A stretch of DNA of 64,000 bases from a bacterium (GCA_049472315.1 JBLIRN010000001.1:128001-192000), one strand, 5' to 3'. Positions 19,839 to 30,564 are shown, counted from the first letter of the stretch. The notes: a model not told the origin generated them from the letters alone. Numbers and translations are program-made.

Positions 19839-22800
19839 TCAGACGCCTTTCATCTCCCCTTTTCTGAATATGCACGCGCCTATTTCAGCCTGCAAAAAAT
19901 CCTCGATCTCATCCGTTTCCCAGCCGGATGGGGTGCGCGTCGTGCCCCCTGTTTCCAGGGAGATACACTCGTCCGGCACTTCCCTGCAGGATATAACCGG
20001 CGACTCGCTCAGCTCTTGAGCGGCATCCTCGATCCTTGCGTATGGTAAGGGAACGCCCATGGCCTCGGCCAGCCTGATAATCAGCGCCCCGTTTTCCATC
20101 CCCGAGGGAGGGGAACCCACCGGCGTGAGTTTCTGCATGCGGCCCTCGGCATTGACAAACCTTCCTGATGATTCAAACGGCAGGCTTGCGGGAAGAAAGA
20201 TGTCGGGCTGATACCCGTTCCTTCCCCTGAACACCGCTGATTGCACAACCATCAGCCCCGGAAAGGCCTGTTTGATCCGCTCAAGCCCCTTCCAGTGTCC
20301 AAAGGCCAAAAGCCCGGTTATTATACCATCTTTTATACATTTCTCCAAACGCTCCAGGGGAGCGGGTTCCGCCCCCCTGCCATCACCGGCAAAAAGGGAG
20401 AGGGGGAGGAACCGAAGATTTCCCCAGATCCCTTCAAAAAGCCAGGAAAGCTGGGCATCGGATACCATCGATGCATTCACCACGACCACCGGCTGCCGTG
20501 CATTCAGAAGATTCCTGAGCAGTTCCGTCGGCATACCCTTGCGAACCGATTGATCCAGAATATCCCGGTCCTTGGCCCCGAGGGAGGGAATCTTCCTGCC
20601 CCCTTTCGTGGGTACCGCCTGGATGAGGCCATTCTCCACCCCGCATGCGCTGAGAAGGGAAAGCAGGGTGCCCAGCATATCACAATCAGCCTCAAGCCAT
20701 ACGGAAGCCCGATCCGTGAGCCTGCTCGATTCCGTACCGATGATCGCCAATCCGGCCCCGTGCCGAACCGCATCCTTGATCATGTATGAGGCAAGGGGAA
20801 AGTCCTGCACGATCCGGGAGCCCAGACAGAGGATGAAATCGCTCTCCTGCACCATCCGGTAATCGGCGCCCCTTCCGTGCGACAGCAGTCCGGACCTTTT
20901 CCCTCGTACGCCGGGCATATATAGTTCACCGATAGCGCATCCCGCGGCCAGATGGCGGATCAGGATGGAATCCTCGAGGGCCAGCCTCGGGGAGGCGATG
21001 ATGGCAAGGGCCTGTGTCGATGCCTTCTCCTTCAGTGACTTGCCTGCAGCGGCAATCGCCTCATCCCAGCCCAGGCGGGTCTCCCGGCCATCCTGCAATC
21101 TGAACGGCCCCCGCTGTCGCAGGGGTGAGTGGACCATCTCCCCGCCGAAGGTCCCCCGCCAGCAAAGCCTCCCCTGATTGATGCCCCCGTCCGGGCGAGG
21201 AGACACCTCCAGGCAGTGCCCTGCCCGTGTCTTCACCACTATTTCGCACCCCATGCCGCAGAGCGTGCAAATCGTCTCTGTCTGCCGTGGCAGCCAGGGA
21301 CCAGGCTTGGGAAGCCGCGGACGGTACTCCAGGGCGCCGGTCGGGCACGTGGACAAACACAGGCCGCAGGAATCGCAGGAGCTCTCCTGCAGGGGAAGAT
21401 CGAGCGGCGGGTCGATGATGGTCTGGAACCCCCGGTTCACGAACCCATATGCGGAGGCGCCTTCCACTTCTGCGCACATCCTCACACAGAGCCCGCACCG
21501 GATGCACTTGTTCCGGTCCCTGACGATGAGGGGATGTTCCTCCCTCGCCTGATAGCGATTGTACCGGCCCTTCATGACCTCCGGATGGGCAAGGCCGTAT
21601 TCCGAGGCATATTCCCTGAGCTTGCAATCGAATACCGCCTCACACCCGCAGCTCAGGCATCGGCCCGCCTCCTGTATGGCCATCTCCTCGGTGAGGCCGC
21701 GCTCGACCTCCTCGAATCCCTTCAGCCGCTTTTGTACGGGAAGGGAGGGCATTTCCGCCCTGGGGATCTTCTCATATGCCTCAAACGGTGCGGTATCGAT
21801 GGTGTCCAGGTCTCCCTTGGAATGATTGTATGGCCCGCGTTCTTCAGCCGTTGCCGAGGCTTTCCGGAGATAGCCGTCGATGGCGGCGGCGGCATGCCTT
21901 CCGCCTGCAATGGCCTCGATGACGGTGGCCGGGCCGAGCACGCAATCCCCTGCCGCGAATACCCCGGGAAGGGAGGTCTCCGCGGTCTTTTCGTCGATCG
22001 CCACGGTCCCCCGACGGGTAAGTTCAATCCCCATATCTTTCAGGGTATCCTGATCCCCCATGAACTGGCCGATGGCGGCAATGACCATGTCGGTCTCGAA
22101 TGCGTATTCGGAGCCCTCCACCGGCACCGGACGCCGTCGTCCGCTCGCGTCCGGCTCCCCGAGCTCCATCTGTATGCAGCACGCGGAGCAGACCTTCCCT
22201 CCGCTCCCTGTAACCTGGACAGGGGCGGAGAGGAAATGGATCTGCACCCCTTCGTGCTCCGCCTCCTTGATCTCCTCCTCGTTCGCGGGCATCTCCTCCC
22301 TGGAACGCCGATAGATGAGGTGCACCTCCTGGGCGCCCAGCCTGAGGCAACTGCGGGCTGCATCGATTGCGGTGTTCCCGCCGCCGATAACGCTTACCTT
22401 CTTACCCACCCGGACCTTCTCACCCGAGGCAATCCGGTAGAGAAATCCGATGCCCGATTCCACCCCGGCCAGACACTCCCCCTCGCACCCGAGCTTACGC
22501 TCCGCCCATGCGCCGATTGCAAGAAGGATGGCATTGAAACCCTTCTCACGAAGTGCCTGGATATCCATGTCCCTTCCCAGCCTGACGCCGTATTCGATGC
22601 CCACCCCCATCCCGAGGATGAGGTCGAGTTCCCTGTCCATCTCCCTTTTGGGCAGACGGTACTCGGGGATGCCGTAGCGGAGCATGCCACCCGGCTTCGG
22701 ATTCGCCTCGAATATGGTGGCCTGATGGCCTTGCAGCCTGAGAAAATGGGCGGCGGCCAGGCCCGCAGGGCCCGCACCGATGATTGCCACCCGGAAACCG

Positions 22801-23372
22801 GTATCCGGGCCGACCGATGACGAGGGGTCGATCCCCTCATACCCGTGCTCACTGGAGAACCGCTTCAGAAAATTGATCCCTACCGGCTCATCCACCAGGT
22901 TCCGGCGGCACTCCTTCTCACAGAATCTGGGGCATACCCTGCCCACGCACAGGGGCAGGGGATTGACCTCCCTGATCAGCTCAAGTGCCTCCCGGTATCG
23001 TCCCAGGGCGATCAACGCAAGGTATCCCTGGATGTCGATATGGTCGGGGCAGGCCTGCTGGCAGGGTGCAATACAGTCCCCGTAATGGTCCGAAAGCAAC
23101 AGATCCAGGCAGGTCTTCCGCGCGCTCACCACCCGTTCGCTGCGGGTGAACACCTCCATTCCCTCCGCCACCTTGGCGGTGCAGGAGGGTACAAGCCGCG
23201 GAAACCCTTTCACCTCCACGGTGCACAGCCAGCAGGACGTGAAGGGATCCAGCCGGGGATCAAAGCACAGGTGGGGGATATCGATCCCGTTTGCCCGTGC
23301 CGCCTGAAAGATGGTCTGGCCCTCCGGGGCCTCGATATGTTGGTTGTCTATCTTCAATCTGACCGTTTTCAT
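19839..23372 (-). CDS. StnC-like subunit: 2Fe-2S domain, GltD-like FAD/NADPH domain, 4Fe-4S domains and a degenerate molybdopterin-oxidoreductase fold
   Basis: IPHLC...CWLC; CQQACP, CVGRVCPRFC, GAGPAGLAAA, IGGGNTAID, YRRSRE, CLSCGC, CIRCGLC, CTLCGMGC; C-terminal half lacks the FDH catalytic motif; ATG 23372 overlaps the upstream stop. Confidence 0.8.
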   Translation of the reverse strand: MKTVRLKIDNQHIEAPEGQTIFQAARANGIDIPHLCFDPRLDPFTSCWLCTVEVKGFPRLVPSCTAKVAEGMEVFTRSERVVSARKTCLDLLLSDHYGDCIAPCQQACPDHIDIQGYLALIALGRYREALELIREVNPLPLCVGRVCPRFCEKECRRNLVDEPVGINFLKRFSSEHGYEGIDPSSSVGPDTGFRVAIIGAGPAGLAAAHFLRLQGHQATIFEANPKPGGMLRYGIPEYRLPKREMDRELDLILGMGVGIEYGVRLGRDMDIQALREKGFNAILLAIGAWAERKLGCEGECLAGVESGIGFLYRIASGEKVRVGKKVSVIGGGNTAIDAARSCLRLGAQEVHLIYRRSREEMPANEEEIKEAEHEGVQIHFLSAPVQVTGSGGKVCSACCIQMELGEPDASGRRRPVPVEGSEYAFETDMVIAAIGQFMGDQDTLKDMGIELTRRGTVAIDEKTAETSLPGVFAAGDCVLGPATVIEAIAGGRHAAAAIDGYLRKASATAEERGPYNHSKGDLDTIDTAPFEAYEKIPRAEMPSLPVQKRLKGFEEVERGLTEEMAIQEAGRCLSCGCEAVFDCKLREYASEYGLAHPEVMKGRYNRYQAREEHPLIVRDRNKCIRCGLCVRMCAEVEGASAYGFVNRGFQTIIDPPLDLPLQESSCDSCGLCLSTCPTGALEYRPRLPKPGPWLPRQTETICTLCGMGCEIVVKTRAGHCLEVSPRPDGGINQGRLCWRGTFGGEMVHSPLRQRGPFRLQDGRETRLGWDEAIAAAGKSLKEKASTQALAIIASPRLALEDSILIRHLAAGCAIGELYMPGVRGKRSGLLSHGRGADYRMVQESDFILCLGSRIVQDFPLASYMIKDAVRHGAGLAIIGTESSRLTDRASVWLEADCDMLGTLLSLLSACGVENGLIQAVPTKGGRKIPSLGAKDRDILDQSVRKGMPTELLRNLLNARQPVVVVNASMVSDAQLSWLFEGIWGNLRFLPLSLFAGDGRGAEPAPLERLEKCIKDGIITGLLAFGHWKGLERIKQAFPGLMVVQSAVFRGRNGYQPDIFLPASLPFESSGRFVNAEGRMQKLTPVGSPPSGMENGALIIRLAEAMGVPLPYARIEDAAQELSESPVISCREVPDECISLETGGTTRTPSGWETDEIEDFLQAEIGACIFRKGEMKGV

Positions 23373-25153
23373 TCCTTTACAATCGCCTCGAATTTGCATC
23401 CGTCAAAACATGCACCACACTTTATGCACAGGTTGACATCAATGGTATGGGGCGCCTTCTTCGTACCTGAAATGGCGCCCGAAGGACAAAGCTTGATACA
23501 CCGGCCGCAACCGACGCAGGCATCCTCGATAATCCTGAAGGTGATAAGTGACTTGCACACCCCTGCAGGGCATCGCCGGTCACGAATGTGCGCCTCATAT
23601 TCGTCGCGGAAGTATTTAATGGTAGTGAGGACCGGATTGGGCGCGGTCTGACCGAGGCCGCACAGGGCGGAGTCCTTGATCTTGTATGCGAGGTCCTCAA
23701 GGGTCGTGAGGTCCTCCTCCCTTCCCTCACCCTTGGTGATCCGCTCCAGTATCTCGAGCATGCGGAGGGTGCCGATGCGGCAGAAGGTACACTTGCCGCA
23801 TGATTCGAGCTGGGTAAAGCTCAGGAAGAAGCGGGCCACATCCACCATGCAGCTCTCCTCGTCCATCACCACCATTCCCCCGGAGCCCATGATGGCACCC
23901 GTCCGGGTCACGGAATCATAGTCGATGGGGGTATCGAAGAGCCTTTCCGGGATGCATCCCCCGGACGGCCCCCCGAGCTGCACCGCCTTTATACGCTTGC
24001 CGGACGAGCTTCCTCCCCCCACCCTGGTGACCACCTCCCGTATGGTCATCCCCATGGGGACCTCGATCAATCCACCCCGTTTGATGCGGCCTGCAAGGGC
24101 AAAGACCTTCGTCCCCTTGCTCTTTTCAGTCCCGAGCGCTGCGTATTCCTGTGCCCCCTTTCGTATGATCCAGGGAATGCTTGCCAGGGTCTCCACGTTG
24201 TTGATACAGGTGGGTTTTCCCCACAGGCCTGACTGGGCCGGAAACGGGGGGCGGTAACGCGGCATTCCCCGCTTTCCCTCGATTGAGGCGATAAGCGCCG
24301 TTTCCTCGCCGCATACGAAGGCGCCGGCCCCCTCCTTGATGGTGATATGGAAGGAGAAATCGGTGCCCATGATCCGCTCTCCCAGAAACCCCTTGTCCGT
24401 GGACTGGGCAATGGCCGTCTTGAGGTGTCGAATGGCGAGGGGGTACTCCGCCCTGCAGTAGATATACCCGTGCGCTGCGCCGATGGCGTATCCGGCGATG
24501 GTGATCCCCTCCAGCACGCTGTGGGGGTCGCTCTCCAATACGCTGCGATCCATGAATGCGCCGGGGTCCCCCTCATCGGCGTTGCAGATCATATACTTGA
24601 CCGTGCCCGGACTCTTGGCTGTGAACTCCCACTTCAATCCGGTGGGGAACCCTCCGCCCCCTCTCCCCCTGAGACCGGATGCCTTGACCTCCTCGACGAC
24701 CTTTTCCCTGGTCATCCGGGTGAGTGCCTTGTCAAGCGCCTGGTAGGCGCCGTGGCCTATGGCATCCTCTATGGACTCCGGATCGATGATGCCGCAGCGG
24801 CTCAATACAATGCGCTGCTGCGAGGCGATAAAATCATTGTGCGCTGCATCGATGGCCTCGGCGAATGTCACCCATTCGGGAATCACCCTTCCCCTTTCAA
24901 GGTGTTCCTCCACCAGCCGTTCGAGCATCTCAGGGGTGACCTGGCCGTAGATGATCCTGCCGTGGTCCGGGTCGTCCAGTTCCACCAGCACCTCATGAAA
25001 GCACATGCCGTTGCACCCGGTTTTACCGATATGAAGGGGGATCCCCTTCTTCAACAGGAGATCCTGCAATGCATCATGAACCTTCTGGCCGCCTGCTGCA
25101 ATACCGCAGGAGCCGAGCCCGATCCGTATTCCCTGTATCCGTGACGTACTCAT
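23369..25153 (-). CDS. NuoF/HydB (StnB-like) flavoprotein with C-terminal 2[4Fe-4S]
   Basis: GLRGRGGGGFPTG, CNADEGDPGAFMDR, ESCGKCTFC, CVGCGRC..CP, CIKCGAC. Confidence 0.9.
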   Translation of the reverse strand: MSTSRIQGIRIGLGSCGIAAGGQKVHDALQDLLLKKGIPLHIGKTGCNGMCFHEVLVELDDPDHGRIIYGQVTPEMLERLVEEHLERGRVIPEWVTFAEAIDAAHNDFIASQQRIVLSRCGIIDPESIEDAIGHGAYQALDKALTRMTREKVVEEVKASGLRGRGGGGFPTGLKWEFTAKSPGTVKYMICNADEGDPGAFMDRSVLESDPHSVLEGITIAGYAIGAAHGYIYCRAEYPLAIRHLKTAIAQSTDKGFLGERIMGTDFSFHITIKEGAGAFVCGEETALIASIEGKRGMPRYRPPFPAQSGLWGKPTCINNVETLASIPWIIRKGAQEYAALGTEKSKGTKVFALAGRIKRGGLIEVPMGMTIREVVTRVGGGSSSGKRIKAVQLGGPSGGCIPERLFDTPIDYDSVTRTGAIMGSGGMVVMDEESCMVDVARFFLSFTQLESCGKCTFCRIGTLRMLEILERITKGEGREEDLTTLEDLAYKIKDSALCGLGQTAPNPVLTTIKYFRDEYEAHIRDRRCPAGVCKSLITFRIIEDACVGCGRCIKLCPSGAISGTKKAPHTIDVNLCIKCGACFDGCKFEAIVKE

Positions 25154-25593
25154 ATGCCTCTGACAATCTGTCTGGCCTTCTCCGGGCTCAGACGTCCATA
25201 GGTTTCACCGTTGATCATGATGCAGGGGGCCAGGCTGCAGCAGCCCAGGCATGCCACCCGCTCCAGGGTAAATTTGCCGTCCGGGGTGGTCTCCCCATGC
25301 CTGATCTTCAGTTCGTTCTCCAATGCCTCCGAAAGCCTCTCGCTGCCGCCCACATGGCAGGCTGTGCCATGACATACCTTAATGATGTATGCGCCGCTTG
25401 GCTTGAGCCGGAACTGGGAATAAAAGGTGACCACCCCGTATATGTCGCTCATGGGAATATCCAGACCCTGCGCGATGTCGCCCAGGGTTTCCGGGGAGAG
25501 GTATCCCAGCGCCTCCTGTGCCTTTTGAAGGACCGGAATGAGGCTCCCCGGCTTCTTCCCCGCCTCTTCGATGATCGACCGAAGGGAGGGCAT
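25150..25593 (-). CDS. NuoE/HydC (StnA-like) 2Fe-2S subunit
   Basis: YGVVTFYSQF, CHGTACH, ACLGCCSLAP. Confidence 0.9.
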   Translation of the reverse strand: MPSLRSIIEEAGKKPGSLIPVLQKAQEALGYLSPETLGDIAQGLDIPMSDIYGVVTFYSQFRLKPSGAYIIKVCHGTACHVGGSERLSEALENELKIRHGETTPDGKFTLERVACLGCCSLAPCIMINGETYGRLSPEKARQIVRGI

Positions 25594-25594
25594 C

Positions 25595-26935
25595 CTATAT
25601 CTCTCTCAGGAACTTGGGAATGTTGGCAGCCTCCCGGGGCCCGACCTTGATTGTCCAGCCTTGGAGCTCCTCCTCGATCTCGCCGGAGAGGATGGCCACA
25701 TACCCGGGGATGACCAGATTCCGATGGCCCACCACATCCTCGATGCCGCTCGTCTTCACCAGTTTCGCGATCTTTGGTGCATTGAACTTGTCCGCCGCCC
25801 ATGCGGTGAGCACGGACATGCCCTCGCAGTCGGCAACCAGCAGCCAGCTCGGCACCTTGCTGTTTTCGATCTCCCCCTGCACGATAAAATAGGTGAGCGA
25901 GAAATTGGTGGTGATGAGGAGGGGGGATTCGGCAGTTGGTTCGCCGATCTTGTAGAGCTTCTCCTCCACCTGCATGGGCTGCTGCGGATCGGTAAAGATA
26001 TTCTGCCTGAGGGTGTAAAGGGGGAGAAGCACCTCCCCGGGGATGTCGTTCAACACCACGATCGACGCGTACTTCATAATGCCGATGGCGGCCCGTGCCA
26101 CCTCCAGGTCGGGATCCGATGCGCCCTCGCCGGGGAATGCAATGGTTGGATACCCCATGGGTTTGAACTTCTTCTTCACGGCGGACCTCCGGATCTGGGT
26201 CATATCCTGGAGCATGTCCCCTGCCTTACCATGACCGGGATCGAGGACGACATCCTCCACGCCGGCGCCAACGGCCTTTTCCGCAAGGCCCGCAAGGGCA
26301 TCCAGTCCCTCGGCCTTTATCGCAAGAGGACACCCCTTGGACTTCGCAAGTGAGGCCATGGCATCCATGTTTTCAGCCGTTGCCGCATACAGCAGGGGCT
26401 TGCGCGCCCCGCATGCCTCCAGTGCCTTTCCCATGATTGCGGGGTCCTTGCATGCGAGGATGAGGGGACGGGTGGTCTTTTCCACTACGCGGGAAACCGC
26501 CTTGCTGAAGGTGTCCGCTGACCCTGATGCGCAGGAGACGCATATCAACTCCACCTTCAGGGTCTGTCCCACCCGCTCCATGGCCGATGATTCCACCTGC
26601 GCCACCTTGCGGTCGATGTCTGCCGGGGCATCGGTGTCGGGGATATTCATCGCCAGGCTGGTGGGATGGTTGAAACGCTTTTCATGCCTGAACAGCACGG
26701 TCTCGTCGCCCATCTCAACGGCATTATCACCCTCGCCCAGTTTGATGAGCCGGATGGGGGGTGCCGACGCCTCGCTCAGGACCTTCTTTGCCTCGTCCGA
26801 TACGTAGGGGCAATCCGAGAGCCGGGCCTGGCCAGCGGCAAGTCGCATGGCAAAGGCCAAGCAGGTTGGGAACTTACACTCACCGCAATTCGTCTTCGGT
26901 AGGTATTTAAATATTTGTATGCCGGTTAACGCCAT
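25595..26935 (-). CDS. acsC: Corrinoid iron-sulfur protein large subunit
   Basis: LPKTNCGECKFPTCLAFA, ITTNFSLTYF, GMSVLTAWAA, VGPREA. Confidence 0.97.
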   Translation of the reverse strand: MALTGIQIFKYLPKTNCGECKFPTCLAFAMRLAAGQARLSDCPYVSDEAKKVLSEASAPPIRLIKLGEGDNAVEMGDETVLFRHEKRFNHPTSLAMNIPDTDAPADIDRKVAQVESSAMERVGQTLKVELICVSCASGSADTFSKAVSRVVEKTTRPLILACKDPAIMGKALEACGARKPLLYAATAENMDAMASLAKSKGCPLAIKAEGLDALAGLAEKAVGAGVEDVVLDPGHGKAGDMLQDMTQIRRSAVKKKFKPMGYPTIAFPGEGASDPDLEVARAAIGIMKYASIVVLNDIPGEVLLPLYTLRQNIFTDPQQPMQVEEKLYKIGEPTAESPLLITTNFSLTYFIVQGEIENSKVPSWLLVADCEGMSVLTAWAADKFNAPKIAKLVKTSGIEDVVGHRNLVIPGYVAILSGEIEEELQGWTIKVGPREAANIPKFLREI

Positions 26936-27053
26936 CGTTTGTCTCCTTCTCGATTATGGGGCCTCACCTGCGGGGATCCGAATCAAGCGGAACGTATCCC
27001 GGCCGAGAGGTCACCCGTACGCATTCATCCATCATACGCTTACTGCCGCCCAT

Positions 27054-27995
27054 TCAAGCAAGATCGGCAAGGGCGTTTTTCAGGGTCTTCAGTGTCCTCG
27101 GATGGCGCACCACCACCAGGTCTCCCCCTGCCATCAGGAATGCAAGGGCAGTGGTGGTTTCCCATATAATGCCCCTTCTTCCAGGGTCTCCCCATGCAGG
27201 CTGCTCCTCCTTGGAGGCACGGGTCTCCTTGACCTTCCAGGTGACCTCGCCCACATCGGCGATCATGGGCATCTGCATCATGGTGTCATTCTGCTGCAGC
27301 GAGGCCAGGCGGATGCGCTCCATTACCGAGTAGGTATATTCCAGCCCGTATCCCAGGGTGCTCGGCATGGCATCGATGATGATGTTCGAGGCGTCGAAGC
27401 CCGCCTGGGTCAGGAGGATATTGAGCTGTTTCGAGAGATTGATATCGAGATCGGAGAGTGCGACCAGCTTCAACTGGAAGGAGTTCGCCACCGCCGCGAA
27501 GACCTTGTAGTTTTTCTCCTGGGCCTTGCCGATAACCGAACCGCTGTTTGCCAGGGGTTCGGCGCACACCTTGATGACCTCCGCATCCTTCTCCACACTG
27601 TTGCTTCCGAACACCATCAAGGGGATATCGATGGCCCCGAGCACTGCCTCCACGGTCTTTCTGGCCTCTTCCGGGGTCCGGTCTCCACGGTCGGGATGGG
27701 TGCCGAGGAGGCGCAGGCAGATCATATCCGGTTTGAACTCATCCTGGCAAAATCGCGCCCACTTCGCAGGGTCCTCGATCACCCCCTTGTACAACCCTGT
27801 CAGTTCAGCGGGCCAGTCGTCAGGGACGATATCCAATATTTCAAGGGCGATCGGTACGGAAGGGCTCGCCTTCCCTTCGAACGCGAGGAAGGGAAGAACC
27901 TCGGACCCTCCGGCTTGTGCCGTTTTCCCGGCCCGGCCTATGGTCACCTGATTGATCCTTCCGTTGTATGTCTCTTTCGGTACCGCAAATGCCAT
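27054..27995 (-). CDS. acsD: Corrinoid iron-sulfur protein small subunit
   Basis: LPFLAFEG, DINLSKQLN, LGYGLEYTYSVMERIRL; start placed at ATG 27995 after GGAGG. Confidence 0.95.
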   Translation of the reverse strand: MAFAVPKETYNGRINQVTIGRAGKTAQAGGSEVLPFLAFEGKASPSVPIALEILDIVPDDWPAELTGLYKGVIEDPAKWARFCQDEFKPDMICLRLLGTHPDRGDRTPEEARKTVEAVLGAIDIPLMVFGSNSVEKDAEVIKVCAEPLANSGSVIGKAQEKNYKVFAAVANSFQLKLVALSDLDINLSKQLNILLTQAGFDASNIIIDAMPSTLGYGLEYTYSVMERIRLASLQQNDTMMQMPMIADVGEVTWKVKETRASKEEQPAWGDPGRRGIIWETTTALAFLMAGGDLVVVRHPRTLKTLKNALADLA

Positions 27996-28012
27996 GGTCG
28001 TGTCCTCCACTC

Positions 28013-28795
28013 TCAAGTATCCAAATAGGAATGACAATAAAGGGTTCGATTGAGCAAGGAATCGGTGGTCTTTACAGCCTTGATCATTTCCCGGTCCAGG
28101 GGGTCGATGATAGCGGCATCGAGCCCCACGGTTATGAGCATGGTGGCGAAGGTATGGTTGAGGAGAGGGCGCAACTCCTCAGGGCAGCTGTTCGACACAT
28201 TGCTCAGGCCCACCACGCTCTTCATGGGAGGGTCGTTCAATTCCTTGAACATCTTCACCGATTCAAGGATCTCGGGTATCTGCTCCTGCTGTCCGTTGAT
28301 CGGCACCACAATAGGATCGAGATAGATATTTTCGAAAGGCACCCCGTGTTCGGCTGCCGCGGACATGATCTCCGCAGCCAGGGCGCACCGCTCCGCCGCG
28401 TCCCGGGGAAGGCCTCCCTTTGCCAGGGTCAAGGCGATGATCTGGGCATCGTACTTGGCTGCCAAGGGCATGAAGGCGGCCAGCCTCTCGGGCTCGGCAG
28501 AGGTCGAGTTGATGATCGCCTGCCCCTTGTGCACCTTCAACCCCGCCTCCATGGCATCCGGATTGGTGGTATCCAGGCATAGGGGGCAATCCACCACCTT
28601 CTGCAGGTTGGTAACCATCCACTCCATGAGTTCCGGTCCGTCCTTGCGGGCAGGCCCGATATTGATGTCCAGGGTATGCGCCCCCGCCTGGACCTGTTTG
28701 AGGGCCATCTCCTTGATGGGACCGAAATCCCTGTTTCGCATTGCCTCACCGAGGACCTTCGTCCTCACATTGATCCTTTCACCAATGATGAGCAT
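28013..28795 (-). CDS. acsE: Methyl-THF:corrinoid/FeS protein methyltransferase
   Basis: MLIIGERIN, LDINIG, IINSTS, VGLSNVS, LDAAIIDP; GGAGG before ATG 28795. Confidence 0.93.
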   Translation of the reverse strand: MLIIGERINVRTKVLGEAMRNRDFGPIKEMALKQVQAGAHTLDINIGPARKDGPELMEWMVTNLQKVVDCPLCLDTTNPDAMEAGLKVHKGQAIINSTSAEPERLAAFMPLAAKYDAQIIALTLAKGGLPRDAAERCALAAEIMSAAAEHGVPFENIYLDPIVVPINGQQEQIPEILESVKMFKELNDPPMKSVVGLSNVSNSCPEELRPLLNHTFATMLITVGLDAAIIDPLDREMIKAVKTTDSLLNRTLYCHSYLDT

Positions 28796-28822
28796 AGTTC
28801 CTCCCTTCACATACTATACGCG

Positions 28823-29602
28823 TTAGACTCCCAGCGGGCCCATAATCCGATCCACTGCCCTGTATGCGGCACAATCCAGGGGAAGCGCGATCAAAGGTCT
28901 TCCCTGCCGGTCGAACTCCTCCACCAATGAATCATCGGGGATGGTGCCGAGCAGTTCGATACCGAGCCCTTCTATCGTCCCGGCAAGATCATCCAGGCCG
29001 GGCCAGGCCGTCCCCCCTTGACCGCCGTCGGGCGTACGGTTCAAGATCAATCCCTGGTGCCTGATCTGAAGCTTCAACTCCTCGCAGATATCCAGTATCC
29101 GCTTGACCGTGCGCAGGCCCCGCTGTGTGGGATCGGAGGTGATCAGAAGATGGTCCACATCGTTGGTGGTCCTCCTGCTCAGGTGCTCGAGCCCTGCCTC
29201 ATTGTCCATGATCACATAGGGATACCCGAGACCGATCCGTTCGGAGTATTTCCTGATGAGGTGATTGGCATAGCAGTAACACCCGGGCCCTTCGGGGCGG
29301 CCCATGGTCATCAGGTCAAATCCCTCGCCTTCCACCAGTGTCTCGTGTATCTTGTATTCTATGTACTGGTCCTTGGTTACCCCGACCGGAAGATCCTTTA
29401 TGTTTTCGAGGGCCTTTTCCCTCAAGTGGCCGATGGTTTCTCCGATCTCCACCCCGAGGGCCTCGTGGAGATTTGCATTCGCATCCGCGTCAACTGCCAG
29501 CACCGGGATTTTCCCCCCCTCCCTCAAATAGCGTATAATCAAGCTGGCCAGGGTGGTTTTCCCGGTCCCGCCCTTTCCGGCAAGCGCTATGGTCACGGAC
29601 AT
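28823..29602 (-). CDS. cooC: CooC/AcsF nickel-insertion ATPase
   Basis: GKGGTGKTT, VDADAN, GPGCYC, DNEAGLEHLSR. Confidence 0.92.
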   Translation of the reverse strand: MSVTIALAGKGGTGKTTLASLIIRYLREGGKIPVLAVDADANANLHEALGVEIGETIGHLREKALENIKDLPVGVTKDQYIEYKIHETLVEGEGFDLMTMGRPEGPGCYCYANHLIRKYSERIGLGYPYVIMDNEAGLEHLSRRTTNDVDHLLITSDPTQRGLRTVKRILDICEELKLQIRHQGLILNRTPDGGQGGTAWPGLDDLAGTIEGLGIELLGTIPDDSLVEEFDRQGRPLIALPLDCAAYRAVDRIMGPLGV

Positions 29603-30498
29603 GCCGCATCACCTGCCAGTCTTATGATTTCCGGGATCACCCTCTCCCTGCCGATGGCCATGATATGGACACCGTCGCAGAGTCCCTCCTCCCTGATGGA
29701 ACGTATCATCCGGACGGCAATCCGTATGCCGGCAGCGAGGCGTTCCCCCTTCGGCGCGGCTTCCAGTTCGTCGATAAGCCCTTGCGGCACCCAAACCCCC
29801 GGCACAGCGCTGTTCATGTACTCGGCCATGGCGGGGGAGGTGAGAAGCACGATCCCGGCAAGGATCTTCACCGGAAATCCCCGTGCGTACTCCATGAACC
29901 GCCTGAAATTGTCAAGGTCGTAAATGGCCTGGGTTTGAAAAAACTCCGCCCCCGCCTCAACCTTTTTTTCAAACTTCATGAGCTGTGGTTCAATGGGGTC
30001 CGCCTCAGGGGTCACCGTTGCCCCCACACACCATGAATCCGTCTCCTCGAGGGCATTCCCGCCCAGGTCCCGGCCTTTCTCGAATTCCCTGATCATAGTA
30101 ATCAATTGCACCGAATCAAGATCGAATACCTGTTTTGCCTGGGGCTGATCACCCGCAGTGATGGAATCTCCGGTCAGACACAGGACCGTGTCGATGCCCC
30201 GGGAGGCGGCAACCAGCAGATCACCGCCCAGGGCCAACCGGTTTCTGTCCCTGCAGGTCATCTGGAGGATGGGGCTCTCCCCTGCCTCCTTGACGAGGAG
30301 ACACCCGCCGAGGGATGAATAGCGCATGACCGATTTCTGGTTGTCGGTGACGTTGATCCCGTCCACCAGGCCCTTGAGCATGGAAACATGCCCACGGAAT
30401 GACTCCGTATTCATTCCCTTGGGGGGACCCACCTCTGCGGTGATCACAAATCCCTTCGCTGCAAGGGCCTCTCTGAATGTTCCCGTTCTCTTCACCAT
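29593..30498 (-). CDS. metF: Methylene-THF reductase catalytic subunit
   Basis: EVGPPKG, INVTDNQ, QMTCRDRNRLAL, CLTGD, FFQTQ, GVHIMAIG. Confidence 0.93.
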   Translation of the reverse strand: MVKRTGTFREALAAKGFVITAEVGPPKGMNTESFRGHVSMLKGLVDGINVTDNQKSVMRYSSLGGCLLVKEAGESPILQMTCRDRNRLALGGDLLVAASRGIDTVLCLTGDSITAGDQPQAKQVFDLDSVQLITMIREFEKGRDLGGNALEETDSWCVGATVTPEADPIEPQLMKFEKKVEAGAEFFQTQAIYDLDNFRRFMEYARGFPVKILAGIVLLTSPAMAEYMNSAVPGVWVPQGLIDELEAAPKGERLAAGIRIAVRMIRSIREEGLCDGVHIMAIGRERVIPEIIRLAGDAACP

Positions 30499-30564
30499 CC
30501 GGTAGCAATTCACCCAGCCGGCCTAAGCCGCCTGAATCATTTCCATATATGCTCAATATCGCAC

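Noticed and set aside
11811..25593. Respiratory complex I (nuo) or [FeFe]-hydrogenase operon
   Set aside because: No membrane Nuo subunits and no H-cluster motifs; the E/F/G-like modules belong to soluble oxidoreductases
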